Assembly: GCA_028534125.1 (NCBI GenBank)
Contig: CM052816.1
Coordinates: forward strand, 47,618,001-47,682,000
Length of the DNA stretch: 64,000 nt
Direction of reading: 5' to 3'
Source of the DNA: Lama glama
Taxonomy: Eukaryota
Shown: positions 62,501 to 64,000 of the stretch, in pieces
How positions within the stretch are numbered: position 1 is the first letter of the stretch
How the letters are laid out: each line of letters begins with the position of its first letter
The notes under the pieces: generated by a model
Database searches by the model: none
Told to the model about the DNA's origin: nothing
The model's input: the letters and a program-made list of their open reading frames with translations, nothing else
Translations under genes and position numbers: made by a program

Positions 62501-64000
62501 CCTTCTGGGACCCATATTATGCATAGGTTGGCATGCTTTATATTGTACCATAAGTCCCTTGTATTGCTTCCATTGGTTTTTTACTTGCTTTTCTGTCTGC
62601 TGTTCTGATTGGGTGACTTCTGTTATCCTCCTTCTAAGTCACTTATCTGCATTATCTAGTTTGCTTTTGACGTCTTGTAGCCTGGCTCTTATCTCAGCCA
62701 CTGAACTTTCTGCTTTTAATTGGCTCCTCTTTATGGCTTCTATTTCCTTTTTATAGTATTCTCTATCTCTGATCATAGTCTCTCTTATTTCCTTCAGTGC
62801 TTTTATCACCCCGTTTTTGAAGTCATGATCTTGTAAACTGTCGAAGTCTATCTCATTGTTCATTCTTTCAGGGGACTTATCTTGTTCTTCTAATTGGGAG
62901 TGGTTCCTCTGCTTCTTCATTTTACTTATATTTCTCTGGCTCTGCGGGTTTAGGAGTATCAGTTATCTACTGTGGTCTTGAAGGGCTGGGTTTTATTTGT
63001 TTGTTTGTATTTAAAGTGGAAGTGTTCCTGTATAGACTGTGTGTAACTAATAGTTTTGTTGCAAGTCCTGTTCTTAGTGTGGATTGTTGCCATGTCTTTC
63101 TTCCCTGAGTGTTGGCTGTTATCCCTTTGATTGGAGGTGTGGTTGGTGCTGTGGTGATCAGAGCCTGCCCTGATTGTTGTTGCTGAACAGAGCCTCCTTT
63201 TTTGTTCTGTGGTTGTCACAGCCTTGACAGGGGCCTGGTCTGCTCCCCTGTTGCTGGAATAGAGGCTTCTAGATCCATTTCTGAGCTGCAGTGTGTGGTA
63301 GGCAGGGTTGGAGCAACTTCAGCTGGGAAGAAGAGTTGCTGAGTACACCTCTGCAGGAGATGGCCACTGGAAAGTGCCCTCTGTGGTGTTGTCTGTAACT
63401 TGTTATGAGGGCTTACAAAGTACTCTTGGTTGATGCTACCTTTGGGCCTCGCCTTAGCTGTGGGAATGTCAGCCACCCATTGTGGTGTCCCCCAGGTCCT
63501 GGGCCCCCAGAACCACCAGCACAAACCCCAGGCCCACCTCCACGAATGGTGTGGTAGGTAGCCTGTTGTAAATGTCTGTGCTCGCCCCCACCATGTGCCA
63601 GAACTCTACTCATTGCCTGTTCATCCCAGAGGCATGGGTTCACAAAAGCACCAACAAATCCACCCTCTCTGCCTAGGTCTATAAACAAATCTCAGTCTAG
63701 CCTGCGAAGTTGCAGGGCTCCTGGGTATGGATTCATCTTTCAGCCCTACCTCCATGCAGTAGCAATGACTATGACAGATCCCCACCTGTCTTCTTGCGGG
63801 AACACACCACAATGGAGCCAATTGGAGACAGCAGATTTAGTGTGGCTGCGTTGTGCCCCTCTCTGCCACACATGCAAGCAGTGGTGCCTTCTTATGGGGG
63901 TCTCAGGCTGTTCTGTTCCACACATACCCCCTGCCAGAGCTCATATCACCCGTCAGTCCCTTGAGGCTGCCTTTGTGCATTGGGCCCCAACCGTCTCCCT
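59591..64000 (-). mobile_element. L1 5' portion (5' UTR, ORF1, endonuclease, N-terminal RT), cut within RT and running off the window
   Basis: ORF1 62639..62920 and 62233..62457; endonuclease 61136..61558 (ICCLQET, NIYAPN) and 60858..61148 (IFSDH); RT 59974..60276 and 59521..59892 ([12 protein letters not shown]), ending before the FADD motif. Confidence 0.96.

Noticed and set aside
1..64000. Prokaryote-style systems (CRISPR arrays, operons, defence islands), rRNA or known miRNA/snoRNA genes
   Set aside because: The sequence is mammalian repeat-rich DNA. I saw no spaced repeat array and recognised no RNA gene by eye; an Rfam/miRBase search would be needed to exclude small RNAs.

Overview
AT-rich, CpG-depleted mammalian genomic DNA, most likely from a camelid (inferred from two tRNA-Ala-derived Vic-1-like SINEs and the associated L1 3' ends). 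I found no recognisable host protein-coding exon. Every ORF in the track that I could recognise is a transposon remnant (L1 ORF1/ORF2, Tigger1 transposase, L2 RT, ERV gag). Roughly half the window is interspersed repeat: a near full-length decayed L1 (about 36.8-43.2 kb), several truncated L1s with target-site duplications (TSDs), a Tigger1, hAT elements, L2s, a clean solo LTR and a heavily decayed class I ERV internal region (about 45.7-50.3 kb). The most interesting non-routine signal is a small CpG-rich promoter-like segment at about 1.1-1.5 kb. It appears to be built from the 3' end of an old ERVL-type LTR, has a tandemly duplicated ETS (CCGGAAG) site and is followed by a consensus splice donor. 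With the strong minus-strand bias of downstream retroelements, this suggests the window is mostly intron of an unidentified + strand transcript. I found no evidence of a novel multi-gene system. Repeat family names come from my recall of consensus sequences, not from a database search, and boundaries without a TSD are approximate.
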